Below are positions 24,403 to 37,587 of a DNA stretch of 64,000 bases, piece after piece. Under the pieces are notes generated by a model, which did not search any database, had not been told where the DNA came from, and worked only from the letters and a program-made list of their open reading frames with translations. The position numbers were made by a program, and so were the translations under genes. Origin of the DNA: Chlorokybus atmophyticus (lineage: Eukaryota > Plantae > Mesostigma and Chlorokybus algae); the NCBI GenBank assembly GCA_009103225.1, contig RHPI01000277.1, positions 642,074-706,073 of the forward strand. Direction: 5' to 3'. The stretch's first letter is position 1. The number at the start of each line of letters is the position of its first letter.

Positions 24403-27135
24403 ATGGCATCTACGCAGGGGCTGGTGCCCATCACAAGGGAATTCCTGCGCAAGTTCTACGAGGGGTTTCCTTACGATCCAGCCCCGGCCAAGCTCGGCGA
24501 GCTTGTCGCCACCCTTGACGGGCATGTCGACGCCTTTGTTGGCAATATCGCTGATGGAGCTGCCTTGAAGAAGTCCCTTGTCCTGGAGGTGTGCAGCGCA
24601 AGTCTGACATACTGTGTTGATGCTTTGGCGCTATGCTATTTGCAAGCGCATCATTGCCGCCCCTTGCGCACAATCCATGGTCAGAGTTCAATTCGTGGAA
24701 GGTCAGCATCGTTCATTTGGTCATATGTCGGAATAAATGGCAGCCCCAGCATTGGCTCCTTTCTGGTTGACATGGCACTTCCAAGCTTCTTGCAAGCAGC
24801 TTCTAAAAAAGTTGCATACTATTTGTGAACTGAACATTATTGATTGTGAGTGACTGAGCGCGTGCGGCTGGCTGTAGCATTTGTATTCAGCCTGGGTGTT
24901 TTGCAGGCTCCACACAAGATTGATGAAAATCTGTTCCGCAACCGTGAGCAATGCGAGGAGCTAATTGACTTGCTCAAAGATGCGAAGCGCCCCGCTTTCA
25001 TTGCAGCTGCTCCCGCTGCAGAAGCTAGAAAACTTGTTGAGGTAGCCATTTTGACGCTTGCTCTTTAGTTCTAGTGTTTGCTGTCCACAATCCCCAGTGC
25101 CTCTTACATTGAATGCTGGCGGCACATAACAGGAAACACAGAAGGCTATTGAGGACTTTCAGCGCAATAGTGCGGAGAAGATTGCGGCCATGGTGACGAC
25201 GTACATGCCTCAGGTCAGCCAACAGTCCTGCATTGTTAGCTTGTGCATCGCCAATGTTGGCTTGATTGTCAGCCACTGTTGAGTGGTGTCAAGATTTTGT
25301 TTCATTGCAACAAGTGATCAGGGCGGTGCTGATACATTATCAAGAACAGATATATGAGTCTTTGCGTGGAATTCAGCAGAGGTGGTTTCACCAGCAGTCG
25401 TTACAGCTGGCAGCCTTCATCATATTGTGCAGCTACAGAAAGCATACATCTTGCCGCTGAGTTAGTCTATTGACCAGCTGAGCCCAATTGCAAGAAACAT
25501 GCCATAGTCACAAGCATGTACTTACTGGTCACTTATGGATTGTCACAGCAAAATACTAGTGTCATATTTTTTTGCAACTACAGAAGCATACAGTGAAGCG
25601 TCACAGCATGCAGTGCCATGCTAGTACATTGCAGCGTGGCACAGCTAGCCCTGCAAGCCCAGCTAGAATTCGCTCGCATGTGCTCATTGAGAGCTGCAAT
25701 GAGCACACTGTTGTTCAGGTCGTATGTAAGTTGTTGGGGTAATGAACTGCTCGAAACATAAGCTGTGTTTATAAGAGCATCGGCAGCGCCATGAGTTGAC
25801 AATATACTTTTTCTTCTTTCGTCTTCGACAGGATTTTCGGGGCACGCTGATTCGTCAACAGAAGGAACGCTCAGAGCGCAAGCGTCAACTTGAAGTGGAG
25901 GCTTTAACGGCACAGGTACTTCTTGTTGGGGTGCAATTTGCTGCAGCTTGAACCCGGCCCCTGACTGAGGTGTATCTCACAGGGCTGCACAATCAAGCAA
26001 AAGTATGAAGTGTTGTGGCGCCAACAAATGGAGCGGAGAAAGACGCTGGCATCACTCGGCTCAGCCACGGGTGTTTTCAAGGTAGGGAGATGCATTATCC
26101 TTCTATGCATTTTGGCTTGCATGCATTCGTGCCAACTGCATGTACGCAACAGTAACACTAACAGTGCATGTACAGGTGCTTGTCAAGTATCTTGCAGGCG
26201 TTCCGCAAGTGTTGCTGGACTTTACTCGGCAAATCAATGATCACCACGGGCCTATGGAGGAGCAGCGCAATAAATACGGCCCTCCGCTGTACCAGCTGAC
26301 ACAGTGTATCAATACCATCCACCTGTACACCGCTCTATGGGGGAAAGCCTCTCCTACTGAACCAAACGAGGTATGATACTGCTTGCTGTGCCATCGGTCA
26401 TGTGCTTTGTGCTATGAATGCTGCGCCTGATAGTTTGTTGAAGGCGTTGGCGACCTTGCTCAAGGATACAGCTGCGATGTACGCTTCAGAAATGCAGCGT
26501 TACCTCAAATTCCTGTGGAACCTGTTTGATAAGAGCCCCTTCCTAATAAGTGCAGAGGAGGCGATGAAGTTTGGTCCCAAGGCAGCGGCTGAGGATGAGT
26601 TCAAGAAGGTTGACAACTTGTCAAGAGCTGCATCTATTTGCTCTTGCAATGGCAGTAGCAGTGCCTGAATGCTTTGTTTTTCCAACAGGTCGTGGTATCT
26701 ACATCGCATGAGATGCGCTTAGATGTTGAAGGGGAAGGCAGTTTGGTGGCGTGGGACTTCAAGATTGATCAAGGCATGGACATTGGCTTCAGTGTATCGT
26801 TCCTTGATAACTCAAACGCTGAGCAGCCACTCCTTCCCTACAGGCGATGCATGGCACATCAGGTCGGCACTAGACTCAAGTCCACTATATGCACTGTAAT
26901 GCATACTGCACGCATGCACTTTCTGGCTGCATTCCCTGTTGCTCTGCCTTGATGCTTCCTTGCGGTGCAGGGTCACTTCTTTTCCACTGGAACTGGTGTG
27001 TACGTGTTGAAGTGGGACAACTCTTACTCAATGCTGTACAAGAAAACCATGCACTACAAGGCTGCAGCCGTGCCGCCTGTGGCGATTAATGCTGACAAGG
27101 ATGCAGACAAGGAGGCTGGGGCTGATGACAGCTGA
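24403..27135 (+). CDS. Plant-type GOLD-domain protein (At5g01010-like), multi-exon, intact
   Basis: Exons splice with GT-AG to MASTQGLVPITREFLRKFY..., APHKIDENLFRNREQCEE, DFRGTLIRQQKERSER, LWRQQMERR..LGSATGVFK, VLVKYLAGVPQVLLDF..GPMEEQR.KYGPPLY, GSLVAWDF..DIGFSV, and GVYVLKWDNSYS; ends in TGA at 27133-27135. Confidence 0.88.
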
Positions 27136-27720
27136 GCGCACCCCTCATTGCAAGTGTACGCTTTCATGAGTACGCTTTCATGAGCATTGCTATTGCTCCA
27201 CAGACTCTGCAGCTAGTCGTGTGGAGCACAGAGATGCAGTGGTGTCACAAACTTTGGCTGAGACAGCTTCACAGTTGGTTTAGGTACGTAGTCGGAGCAG
27301 GGCAGAGAAATGGTTTACCTAATTGTTAAACACACTGCCTTGCACATGTAGTTTGGGCCTGTTGATTGGTGCACGTGTAGTTTCTGTTTAAGTAGTGCTT
27401 AGCCTGCGCTGCAGGCTGCTGCAATTCATGCGCATTGTAGACTTGTAGTCTGTCGTGACTCATTCTTATTCTTGAGCTGTCAACTGCAGTGCTATGAATG
27501 TGTCTGTTTGTATATACTGCTCCGTTAGGGTCCCTTGTCACAAGCGAGCTGAATGTACTCTACACTAGTGGCTAAGGCGCGGGTAGGGTCGACCAAGTTG
27601 CCCTACCTAGGTTGCAGACATAAGGCGCTTCATCACATATGCACGTCACTGTTGATGGCCATAGGTGAACAGGGGGGTCATGTTTCACCCCTGTAGTCGT
27701 TGCACTGCGGGTTGTGCGGT

Positions 27721-27895
27721 AGGTAACCCAAACAAAGCGGAGTATAAAAGAGGAGTAGTAGAATGAAGGCGGCCACATCGTCAAGTTGCTTTACGGCAAC
27801 TTGACGGTAGGTAACCCAAACAAAGCGGAGTATAAAAGAGGAGTAAGGTTGAAGGCGGCCAAATCGTCATGTTGCGCTACGGCAACTTGCTTACC
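27721..27895 (+). repeat. Two tandem 88-bp units; unit 1 ends in an 11-bp-stem hairpin
   Basis: AGGTAACCCAAACAAAGCGGAGTATAAAAGAGGAGTA at 27721 and 27809. CGTCAAGTTGC-TTTACG-GCAACTTGACG hairpin. Confidence 0.9.
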
Positions 27896-28588
27896 GTGGT
27901 AGTTGTGTGTGGGTCAGCATCGGTTTCTAGTAGAACTGTTCTACCCATTTCTGCTTATTGACGTTGCATGAGCTGAGGGGCCTGGCGTCATCACTGTTTA
28001 CTCTTTTACTGCTATTCTGCTACTGACTTGCTTTGCTATACCCATTTCGTACCATTGCCAGAGAGTGCTGAGCTGTGTGAGCAGTATGTATGTGCTTTGC
28101 CTGCATTGTTGGTGATGTTAGCAAGTTAGTTACTACAGTACCTCTAATCTCATTGACATACAACCGTCCGCTGTCAGTGCTGCCACCATACCTAACAGCC
28201 ACCATTATGCCCAACCGGACACAACAAACACATAACCCTCAACGCACCCCGTCAAGCTAAACAAGCGCTGCATCTACCTCAGTAGTCGGAGGGTCTTCAG
28301 GCACAGGACCCACCCCGCGGCTGCCGCAGCTCCTCGCTTCAAAATCGCCATCGCATGTGCTTGATGCAAGGCGCATGCCACGCATTGACGGTAATGTGAT
28401 GTGCGGTTGGGCATGATGCAAGACTGACAGCCAACACTTGCATGTCAATTATACTAGAGTTTAAGAGCTGACGGCAGGGTAGTTGTGTAGGCGTGCTCGC
28501 ATGCCGCTGACATGCGTGTGAGTATGCTTGTGCAATGATAGGCAGGGATGACAGTGCATAGCTTGGTGTGACGATTTTGCCATTAGTT

Positions 28589-29095
28589 TCAGATATGACG
28601 GCAGACACGGATGAAGCCCTCCAAATGCCGTGGCTCCGCCCCGCGCACTTTGGCAATGTGGCATGCACACAATTGCAGCACGTGCTGGAAGTCCTCTCCC
28701 AGCGTCCCATGTGTCTCCATCGCGAGCGGGTAGCAGGTGCCTCCCACCGGGTGGTCACCAAACTTGAAAAGCTTCGCCGCTTCTGGCATCCATACGGCTG
28801 CACCATCTCCACACGCCGTGACGGTGATGTCCAGCAGCATCTTCCTGGCGCAGCCCGGCTCGGATGCAGCAAGGTCCAGCCGTCCGCCATGCACCTCCCC
28901 CTCGCGGATGGGCATGAAACTCGACTGCTCGCGGCTGACGGCGAAACCAACCTCCATCTGTAGGGCCAACATATCGTCACGCACTGCGTTGTGTGTTGCG
29001 GTACGCGCTGGGCCAACGCCAGAAAGTTCGAGAGTACTCATAGGCATGTCGTTGCCTGTGCACAAGCAGACCTGCACATGGTCAAAACATAGCAC
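28589..29095 (-). mobile_element. 3' remnant of a non-LTR retrotransposon (restriction-like endonuclease domain)
   Basis: H..VC..G...RTATHNAVRD...REQ...RLDL...LLDITVT...EAAKLFKF...YPLAMETHGTLG matches the CCHC + PD-(D/E)xK RLE tail of RLE-type LINEs. No RT seen upstream. Confidence 0.7.
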
Positions 29096-29925
29096 TTTTC
29101 AAATTTCAAATCAAGTTGTCTTGAAGACCATGTTTGATGCAGCTATACTCTTGCACTTAGCTTGCAACAACCCCTACCTAGTTAGCCCTTGAGTGTATGT
29201 AAGTAACAAACTGCTGCTTGTGGAATGCCCTGGCTAGAGTGGTTGCATCCGCATGTTTGTGCATGCGTAGCACAGCTTATTGAATAGAATTGTTGTGGCT
29301 GCACCGACCAGTTGTTACACACATAGCCGCGGTGCAGGTGATTGCTAGACACCATGTATGCTGTCTGACTAGTGGAGCAGGGGCTTAGCGCGTTAGGTAG
29401 AGTAGGCAGCCCGGTGGTGAACTGCTGGTGTAGAGTGTAAGCAAGGTATGTGCCCACTGCTGCATGTTGTGCTGCTGTTGTGTTTCACACCTTCCATGCC
29501 AATAATCTAGCACACCATCACATTGTACACAATTGAGACCGGTCAAGCTGCGGACACTGAGGATGCATCTTTACGGACGCTACAACTTTGCACAATTGGA
29601 TCGACCATGCTATAATATGGCAACATCGGCACATACACTATCCCGTAAGCACTATGCCGACATCAAAGTCGGCCAATTGCCAGCTACAGCCTCCGCACCG
29701 CAAAGGCCACAACTGTGCAGCGCAGTCCATCAAAGCCTGCAGCTAGCTGGCAAGAATCCCAGTTATGGCAAGCAACCAGCAGACGGCTGTGACTGTAGAA
29801 ACCTTGCTGATTTCTTCAGCCAGAGGGCCTTGATGTCCTCTCCTGGAAACGACCAGGGAGACACGCTCCTCACAACATCCGCAACAGCGCGCAATATAAG
29901 TGGCGTTACCTGCTATCCCTAGCAT

Positions 29926-32293
29926 TCATGACGGTCTGCGCCTTGGCAACAGATCTGCTGGCGATACCAGGGTGCCTGCAGCCGCCGAGGTTGACACATT
30001 GCAGTTAGAGTCAGGGTTACTATCTATGACAAGCGGACGCGACCACGTCCGTTCCAGGTACTCTGCGCCATAGGCACCCGTCGACATCACGGTTGTCGCC
30101 GCCACCAAGGCACTGATATCACAGACATGACAACGGCGTTGCTTTTTGTTACATCAATGCATTTACGCCCCTTCGGCTTTATGTACACATCAGCGCGCAC
30201 AGAGCTATGCTGTGTCCAGACATAGCCTTACCTTAGAGCGGGCAGGGCTGCTGCGGTGGTGTGGGGGAAGCTGGCGGCATCGTGGGCAAGGACGGCTGCC
30301 ACTAGGGCCAATTGCAACGCTGTGTTTGCCTGAAAGGCGTAAGCACGCCACAACAGTCATGTCAAGTGTTACACGCTTTGCTTTGAAAACATTGACATCA
30401 ATAATCTGGGCATCTGCGTAATGCAATGGGTTGCTTGTTCCATGCGAACAAGCCCGCACGCAAGCACGTGCTATTAGGTGTGTGGCGCCCCTGCGCGTGT
30501 GCGCGTGTGTGCGTGCATGCATAGTGCCTGCGTGCTTCCGTGGGGGCACACGTGTGTGCATGCCTGCATGTGTGCGCTAACTGCAGCAGCAGTGCCTACC
30601 TTGCTGATCATCAACGGCTGCATTTGCTCTGCTCCGCCACTTGAAAGCCGAAAGAACTCTGCCCATCCCCGCCACTGCAGACAACACGCACGATGACTAC
30701 TCTCTGCAGCATGTTCATCACCCATAACGCACACAGTCTTGCAGTCCCTCAATCACACCACAGCAACAATGTGTCGTACTCGCCATGAAAGCGACGCTGC
30801 TCGCGAGTAGAACCCGCCGAGGATAAGCGCGGCGTCTCTCGCCACAATCATGCCAACCAATGCGCCTGTTGTCAACAACAACAAACACATTAAGTCAACC
30901 ACACACACAAACCACATGGCAGCTTGCTGGGAGTAAGTCATAGTGTTCTTCTTCACCTGGCAGAAGGTCTCTTGCAGCCATGGCGAGGGCAACACACCCC
31001 ATCACCACCTTGTCTGCGTTTGGGACGCATGCTTACAAATGCGTTCGCCAACATGTAGAGTGTTTGTACTTGACATCATGCTATGATGCTGACTCTGCAT
31101 GCATGCACATGTGTGCGTGTGCGCGTTGCTGTATGTATGTTCCCGTCAGTCTGTGTGCGTGTGTGCTTGCATGGGCATGCATTGATGGGTGAGTACCTGC
31201 AAGGGGGTCAAGGTAGGAGCCCAGGACAGACGACTGGCGTCCTGCTGATGTGTTCTTTGCAATGTAGCCGTCCAACTGCGTGCGCACGTGTGCATCTGTC
31301 AGTGTGCACTGATTAACCACAGCAACAAACCCACATGCAATGTTTATGCGCCTTGACCAACAAACGACAAATGCAAGCTGTGAAAGCTCACCCAGTCACT
31401 AACACCCGCTGCTGCTACGCCTCCAAGAGCTGTAAGAGAGTGGCCCTGCATGATGAGCCTGGCAGCAGCATATCACAACCAATTAATGAACAGCACATAT
31501 GTGTAAGTAGACACATGTATGTTCGCGCACACACGCGCGCTAGATGTTCAAGTTGAGCATGATGATTTACTGGTGCAACGGGTTCGGAGAAAGTCAATCG
31601 AGTAACTGCAAGGCTTATGCATACTACGACATTCATGGATAACATGTATTGTGCAGAGACACCCGCAATTAGTAGTAGAGAAGGTTACAGCATGCAAGAC
31701 ATGACCCTACTGTAGAGTGCCCAAAGCAACCTGAGAAGGCATTCTAACTACACAATACGCAATCAATAAGTCCCCAACTGCCGTTCTGCACCGTTGGCTG
31801 GTTGCTTCCCAATCGACGTCAACACTGTGATTGGCGTTGACTGAAAGCTACTGTGGTTTTGTTATCTGTGTACAGTCTCAGATCTACATATGCCCACACA
31901 ACAGACAACCGTTCAACCAACTGAACGCATGCCTTACATCGCGAGCAGCGGTCCGGAGGCCAGCCTAGCGGCGGAAATCCCGTTGGGAAGGGTGGCCACC
32001 TGGCCAAGGGTCCACCCGGCCTCGGCAGCGGCGGTGGCTCCATGCCTCTGGTCCCTGCTCTCCTCCTGGTACTCTTTGCCCTCCTCCTTGTTCTCATTGT
32101 CGTCCCTGCGGCTGGTGGACGACGAGGTAGGCAGCCCCGCAGCTAGGCCTCTCGTCCAGGGCTGCTCTATGCGCAGATGGGCATAAGGGGATGAGGCGCT
32201 CAGCTTGCTCCCGCCCTGCGTCCAGCTCCCGGAGCCGGAAGCTCGCCTACTGCTGGAGATCGCCCACCGCCGCAACACCGCCGCCGCCGCCAT
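29926..32293 (-). CDS. CLS: Cardiolipin synthase (CDP-alcohol phosphatidyltransferase), multi-exon, intact
   Basis: Spliced exons give [91 protein letters not shown], and LVAATTVMSTGAYG; ends in TGA. Confidence 0.88.
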
Positions 32294-32906
32294 AACGGCC
32301 TGGCACTGCCAACTTCAAGGCATGCGCACGTGTGTAAAACTTGAAGCAGCTTTCGTTGTTGTAAGCTGCTTGTTGTCTGTTTTCAAAGGCAATCAATTTA
32401 CAGTAAATGCTACCGGTGCCCAGTAGCAAACAAGATGACAATTGCACACACTGGGTAGCTGTGCTACCAAGTACACACGCACACAGTTGCGCTTGTTAGT
32501 ATTGCACACAGCAGTATTGCCACTGGGTTGTCACTCGGCATGGGACTTGGCACCGGTGCAGCTTGATCGGTGAGTGCGTTTCAATTGATTCGTATCGAGT
32601 GTTGCTGTTGATGCATGCGCCTGAGCGCATGCGGCAAGATAAACTTGTTGCAACGGCAATTCTTATGCGGCAAGTCGCACACAGTAGTTGCAATGTGCAT
32701 AGGATGTGAACAAATGTGCATGCGCCAGCAGCAAAGAGCTTTGTGCCCAACAGATGTACTTGTTCCAACATGTTGCAGCGTGACCTTAACAACAACTTGA
32801 CATAACATCGTCGCGCTTATCCTGTATACAATGAGCAGCAGCAACTTGGCCGCCACACTACAGCTAAGCTGACAACCTACACCTAGTATGTAGCTTCCAT
32901 GCCTCC

Positions 32907-35900
32907 TCACTCCCGGTAGTCAATATCCACAAAGATGAAATGCTGCTCAAACTTGTACAGCGCGACGCTTGCTGCCACAGCGGCAACAGATACCCCAGCC
33001 AGCGGCCAAGAGCCTGCAAACAAAGTAACTTCAATGCACACATCACTGTTACACACGCACACATGCCCTGTGGGCAGGCAATTGAGTGATGACTACACAT
33101 GCATGCTCGTCGAAAGGGGTGTACGGGCAGTAGTAGTGAGCGTAGAGTAGTAGCAGTGTATGCGCAGCCCGGTGCTGAATGCAACCGCTGCTCTTGGCTA
33201 TTTGCTACTGTGTAATTGCTTGCCATGCATGTCTCATGTAGCATACACCTCATTGCATGTTCTGTGTACACACACTTACGCATACGCATACCCCTTTAAC
33301 GCACTCACCGCCAGATGCAGCAGCCACAGCGACGGCCGCGACAGTGACGGCCAAGCAGGCGTAGCGCGCATTGCGGGCATTTTGTAGAGCTGTGCGGCAG
33401 CTGGAGCACTGCTTTGTATGCTGCACGTGTAGAAGGAGACAGAACGATGAGACTGACAGATTGAAGAAAGGGTAGCTCATGAGCAAATGAGATGGATGTG
33501 CATTACAATACGCACCGAGTTATAACGCTCCATTGCTTCATAGCGTGTGACGTCCGGTAGAGTGAGAGAGGTGCCCGCAGCGTAGGGAGAGCCTGCACAT
33601 GCACACGCGCATGCGTATGCGTGTGCATGTCATACATGTGCGAGGGCTTATGTGAACGTAAGCTGCGCATTCGCTATTCACAGTGTACCTGCGGTGCGCA
33701 GCCACTGCCACAACTGGCAGGACAAAATGCAACAAAAGTTAGCAAGTTAAGTGGGGACAGCAACATAGCTACTCAATCTGCCATCAGGGTTTTGGCAAAC
33801 ACACCCGAGCGCTGAGCCGATCGGACTGCGCTGGCACGAAACACTCGGACCAGTACTTGTTTTTCAGCGGCGCAGCCTCACGCTCCTGTCCAACAGCGGC
33901 AGTACATAAGCGGCAACACAAGGCAGTGCATGGCTCTCTTCTGGTCACGTGTGTCAGCATGTGCGCTGCGCATGCACTTGCAGTATGCATCGATGCCAAG
34001 TGAAGGTGGTGCATGCGCACAAAACCAAGTTGTCTACCTGCTTTGCAATCATGTAGTCATCGCCGTTGAGCAGGGACGATCTTACCATATGGTCCAGCCA
34101 TCGAGGCGTCCACTATTGGCACGTCCACAAGAGGAGTGAGAAGGGGGTACAATCTCAACATTGTCAGTTGCTCACTTCGATCAACATGTTAAACAATGTG
34201 CGCATCTACAATATATAGGAGTGTAGGTCTTGCCTCCATCTTGGACTTTGCCCAGGAGGGCGCATTGGGCAGAGTCGAAAGTGCGAAGACTCGCGAGCGT
34301 CCAGGACTCATTGGCACCGCGTACAATGCCTGTGCAAGCCATGGCGTAACAGTGAGTATAATGACCATTACATCACAACTTATCAAGTCACTGGTGGTAC
34401 CAGTAAGCCGGGGGCATATCTCCCGGGTGTGCCGAAGCGGAACTCCATCAAGCAGGGCGCTTCATAACGCTGGGTAGATGAACGTGGGCCTTGCTTCTAA
34501 ACTCACAGTAAGACATGTAAGGGACCGCGGAGGACAGTATGAAGGTACACAAAGCAACGGTGCGATATGCAGTGACCGAGCTTACTGTTAATCCAAGAAA
34601 GCCATTCGCTTCAGTCTCCACCACATTGATCTCAATGGGTGTCGCCATCGCCCGCTGCATGCCTGCAGAGGAGAGTACATGCTACAGTTGTACGCGCGCT
34701 AACGCACACATACACACAAGCGCACAGCATATCCATGCGCACATACAACCGCATGCAAAATGAGCTACTGTGTGCAAGTTGCACTACACAAGCGCACACC
34801 TATCACTCCATGGTGAGCGAACGGCAGGTGGGATATGTCCAAAACATTCTCAAGCAAATAGTGGAACCTGCAGCAAGGAGGTTGTGAAGCTTGCACACAG
34901 GGATCAGCTACATCAACATTAAAGTATTGCCATGGTGAAACTGTCAGAAGCATAGCTGTACCGGAACAAGAAAGCCTTATCACTCACCCGTAACAAATCT
35001 CTCGCATGTACCAGTAGTTGACCTTTGCAGCACCCTCGCGTACAGCTCTTGGCAGGGGCAAAGGCGTGCTCTCTGCCTGCTGCTTGCTGCTGGCATCAGG
35101 CCACAGCCATAACAAACCCTGTGTCAACCACAGTGAGCGTTGTAACTGCGCAGCACCAATGTACACACCCAATGCGCAGGAAATGTTAACTGCAGGTACC
35201 AGCTCTTCCTTTGTGGGCAGAGAAATTGCGCACGCCCTTGGTGATGAAAGAACTGCCGGGGACGGCTGCGCCAGCTGCGGGATCTTCCTGCCGTTTGTGG
35301 TTTGATACAGTTTCCTGCAATGGTAGAGTACACCAGCGCAATGCATGCATGCTTACGCGCACGAGCCGTCGCCTTCAAACTCCCACCCTGCCGAATTTGC
35401 ATCTTATCACAATATTGGCATGTTGAACACGCAGAAAGCTTTGTTGCAGCGCATTAATCAAAACCTTAACGAGATGACTGCATACCATGATATGCGCACT
35501 GCAAACGCCCGTTTGCATCGATGCGCCCTTCTGACAACCGTGCCAAGCGATGCGGGCACCTGCAAGCAGTGGCAATGCGATAGTTGCATTGATGAGCAAT
35601 GGGACGATGCTTGTTTCATCATGCACTTGACGGGTGCTGGCCAATGTGCGCTGCAACAATAGCACTCATAGAAACACAGTGAGTTTGCACCTCGCTCTGA
35701 CCTGTCTTTGAATGCACGCCACACTCCTTCCTTGTCCCGCCACACCACAATGGGTTCACCCAGGATGGTGACTGCGTTGGGCTTGCTGGGATCCAAGTCC
35801 ATCACAATGCCAGCTGGGTACCTGCATGCAGTAAATCACTGTCAGCAAACACGTTCCAAGTACTTGCATGCAAACCACAGCTTCGCTATACTTGTTGCTT

Positions 35901-36169
35901 TACCATTGCTTCGTCCACGAGAACTTCTCCGTTGAACCGCTGGTTTCAGGCTGCTCTTCAGCCAGCTGCTGCTGCAGCGGGGCCACAGCCTGCATGACAA
36001 TGCGGCAGCTTGCAAGCTTTCCATGCTGGCTATTGCTGCGGCGAGTAAGCTTGCTTGTGTATGCACGATGGCGTTGGCTTGATGACAGCTGCCTCCGGAC
36101 CGGGTGACGGAAGCTGCTTATGATGGGACAGGCAGACAGAAGCAGCACTGTTGCTGCTGTTGAAGCCAT
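32907..36169 (-). CDS. Pheophorbide a oxygenase-like (PAO/ACD1-like/PTC52 family) Rieske non-heme iron oxygenase with a transit-peptide-like N-terminus
   Basis: [30 protein letters not shown], Rieske [34 protein letters not shown], mononuclear-iron [25 protein letters not shown]-terminal [12 protein letters not shown], and [16 protein letters not shown]. Not every exon junction was verified. Confidence 0.85.
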
Positions 36170-37587
36170 ACCTGATAAAATGAAGCAAAGCGTCAGCTAC
36201 TGGTGTTGGGTTGTTACAACCCAGCTTACACATCTCAGTAGTACTGCTGCCATGCATGTGATGGGGCCATGGACTGTGCAGCAAGCATCGCAGCACCAGA
36301 AGCTATGTACGCAACGGACGACAGCTGTCATCAAGCACTTTGCTTGCAAGCATGAGCGACTATTCAAGCCAAGAAAGCGAGCAGACCAACAAGCAAGCTC
36401 ACAAGCTAAGAAGCACGCAACCAAGCAAGGCGGCGAAGCTGGCTCCCGCAGTGCACCTGCTACGCTCGCGGAGACGCGTCTGGGTCCTAAGCGGTGGTGT
36501 TGTGCGGTGGATCCACGCTACTCTCACGCCACAGTTTGACTGCCGGCGGTGGAGGCGGGCAGCGGTGGAGGCAGGCCTTGGCGGCGTCGCCAAGGTGGGC
36601 CGCTGCTTGCCTTGTCAGCTGCTGCTAGCTCTACGGGGACTTTCCTCTAGACACCGACAAGCCTTGTCAGCCATCAGCCAGGTTTGGCTGCCGTTACCGT
36701 TGCCGACTGACCGGACGGCGAGGCAGCGGGCTAGGCTCAGCGCGTGCGACTATGCCGTTTGCGTAGTCATGGTCACGCATGTTTAACGCGGCGTGTAGCC
36801 TTAGCCCGTCTTTTATTTTTATGCTTTGGTTGAACGGGGCGTGGAGCCCTTGCCACATGGTTAGGTTACCCTGTCGCCAGGATGGGGTGCATTAAGCTGG
36901 AGACAAAAAAACACAAAAAGACAAGCCTTGTCGGCTGTCGGCTCCGGTTCAGCGCATTCCACTGACAGTCGGCGCAAAGGGAAGCCTAAGTGCGACAGTC
37001 GACAGGCGGCCGTTTCCGTCGCCGGGTAGCATGTGGCACACGCACCAATTGAAAGGGGTGGAAGGCGGGTACAATGTGCGACCACACCATCCCTTTTTTT
37101 TATTTCAGTCATCAGATTGGGGGAAGGACAGGTACGATTGGCTAAAGCGTTGTCAATTGCATGTGTAAACCATCTTCAGTGACTATAGACGAACCTTCGA
37201 ATTATGTGTGTTGCTCACCCATGCTGTTGGACGTGACATGCAAGTGCATGCACGAGCTCTTATGTAGACACAGGCCATCAATGTGGGTGAAGCAGCGGTA
37301 GGCTTTCAAGATAAGTGGGGAGGAGTCAGTGGCTGTTGAAGTCACCTCGAAGTTGAGGTTGTGAGCGAGCTCACCATGTGTATGAGGACAAGACCACTGT
37401 CGTTCAACCAGCTTACAAAAAAAGAGAAAATGTGCAAACCAAAGTGGCTTGATTATGTTGAAGAGACATAACGCATGGGTCTCCATGCCTCTCCTTCCGC
37501 TCCTCCTTATCGTCCCTACGGCTTGTGGTAGACAGCCCCGCCGTCAAGCCTCTCGTGCATGGCTACTTTATGTGCAGATGGGAGTAA

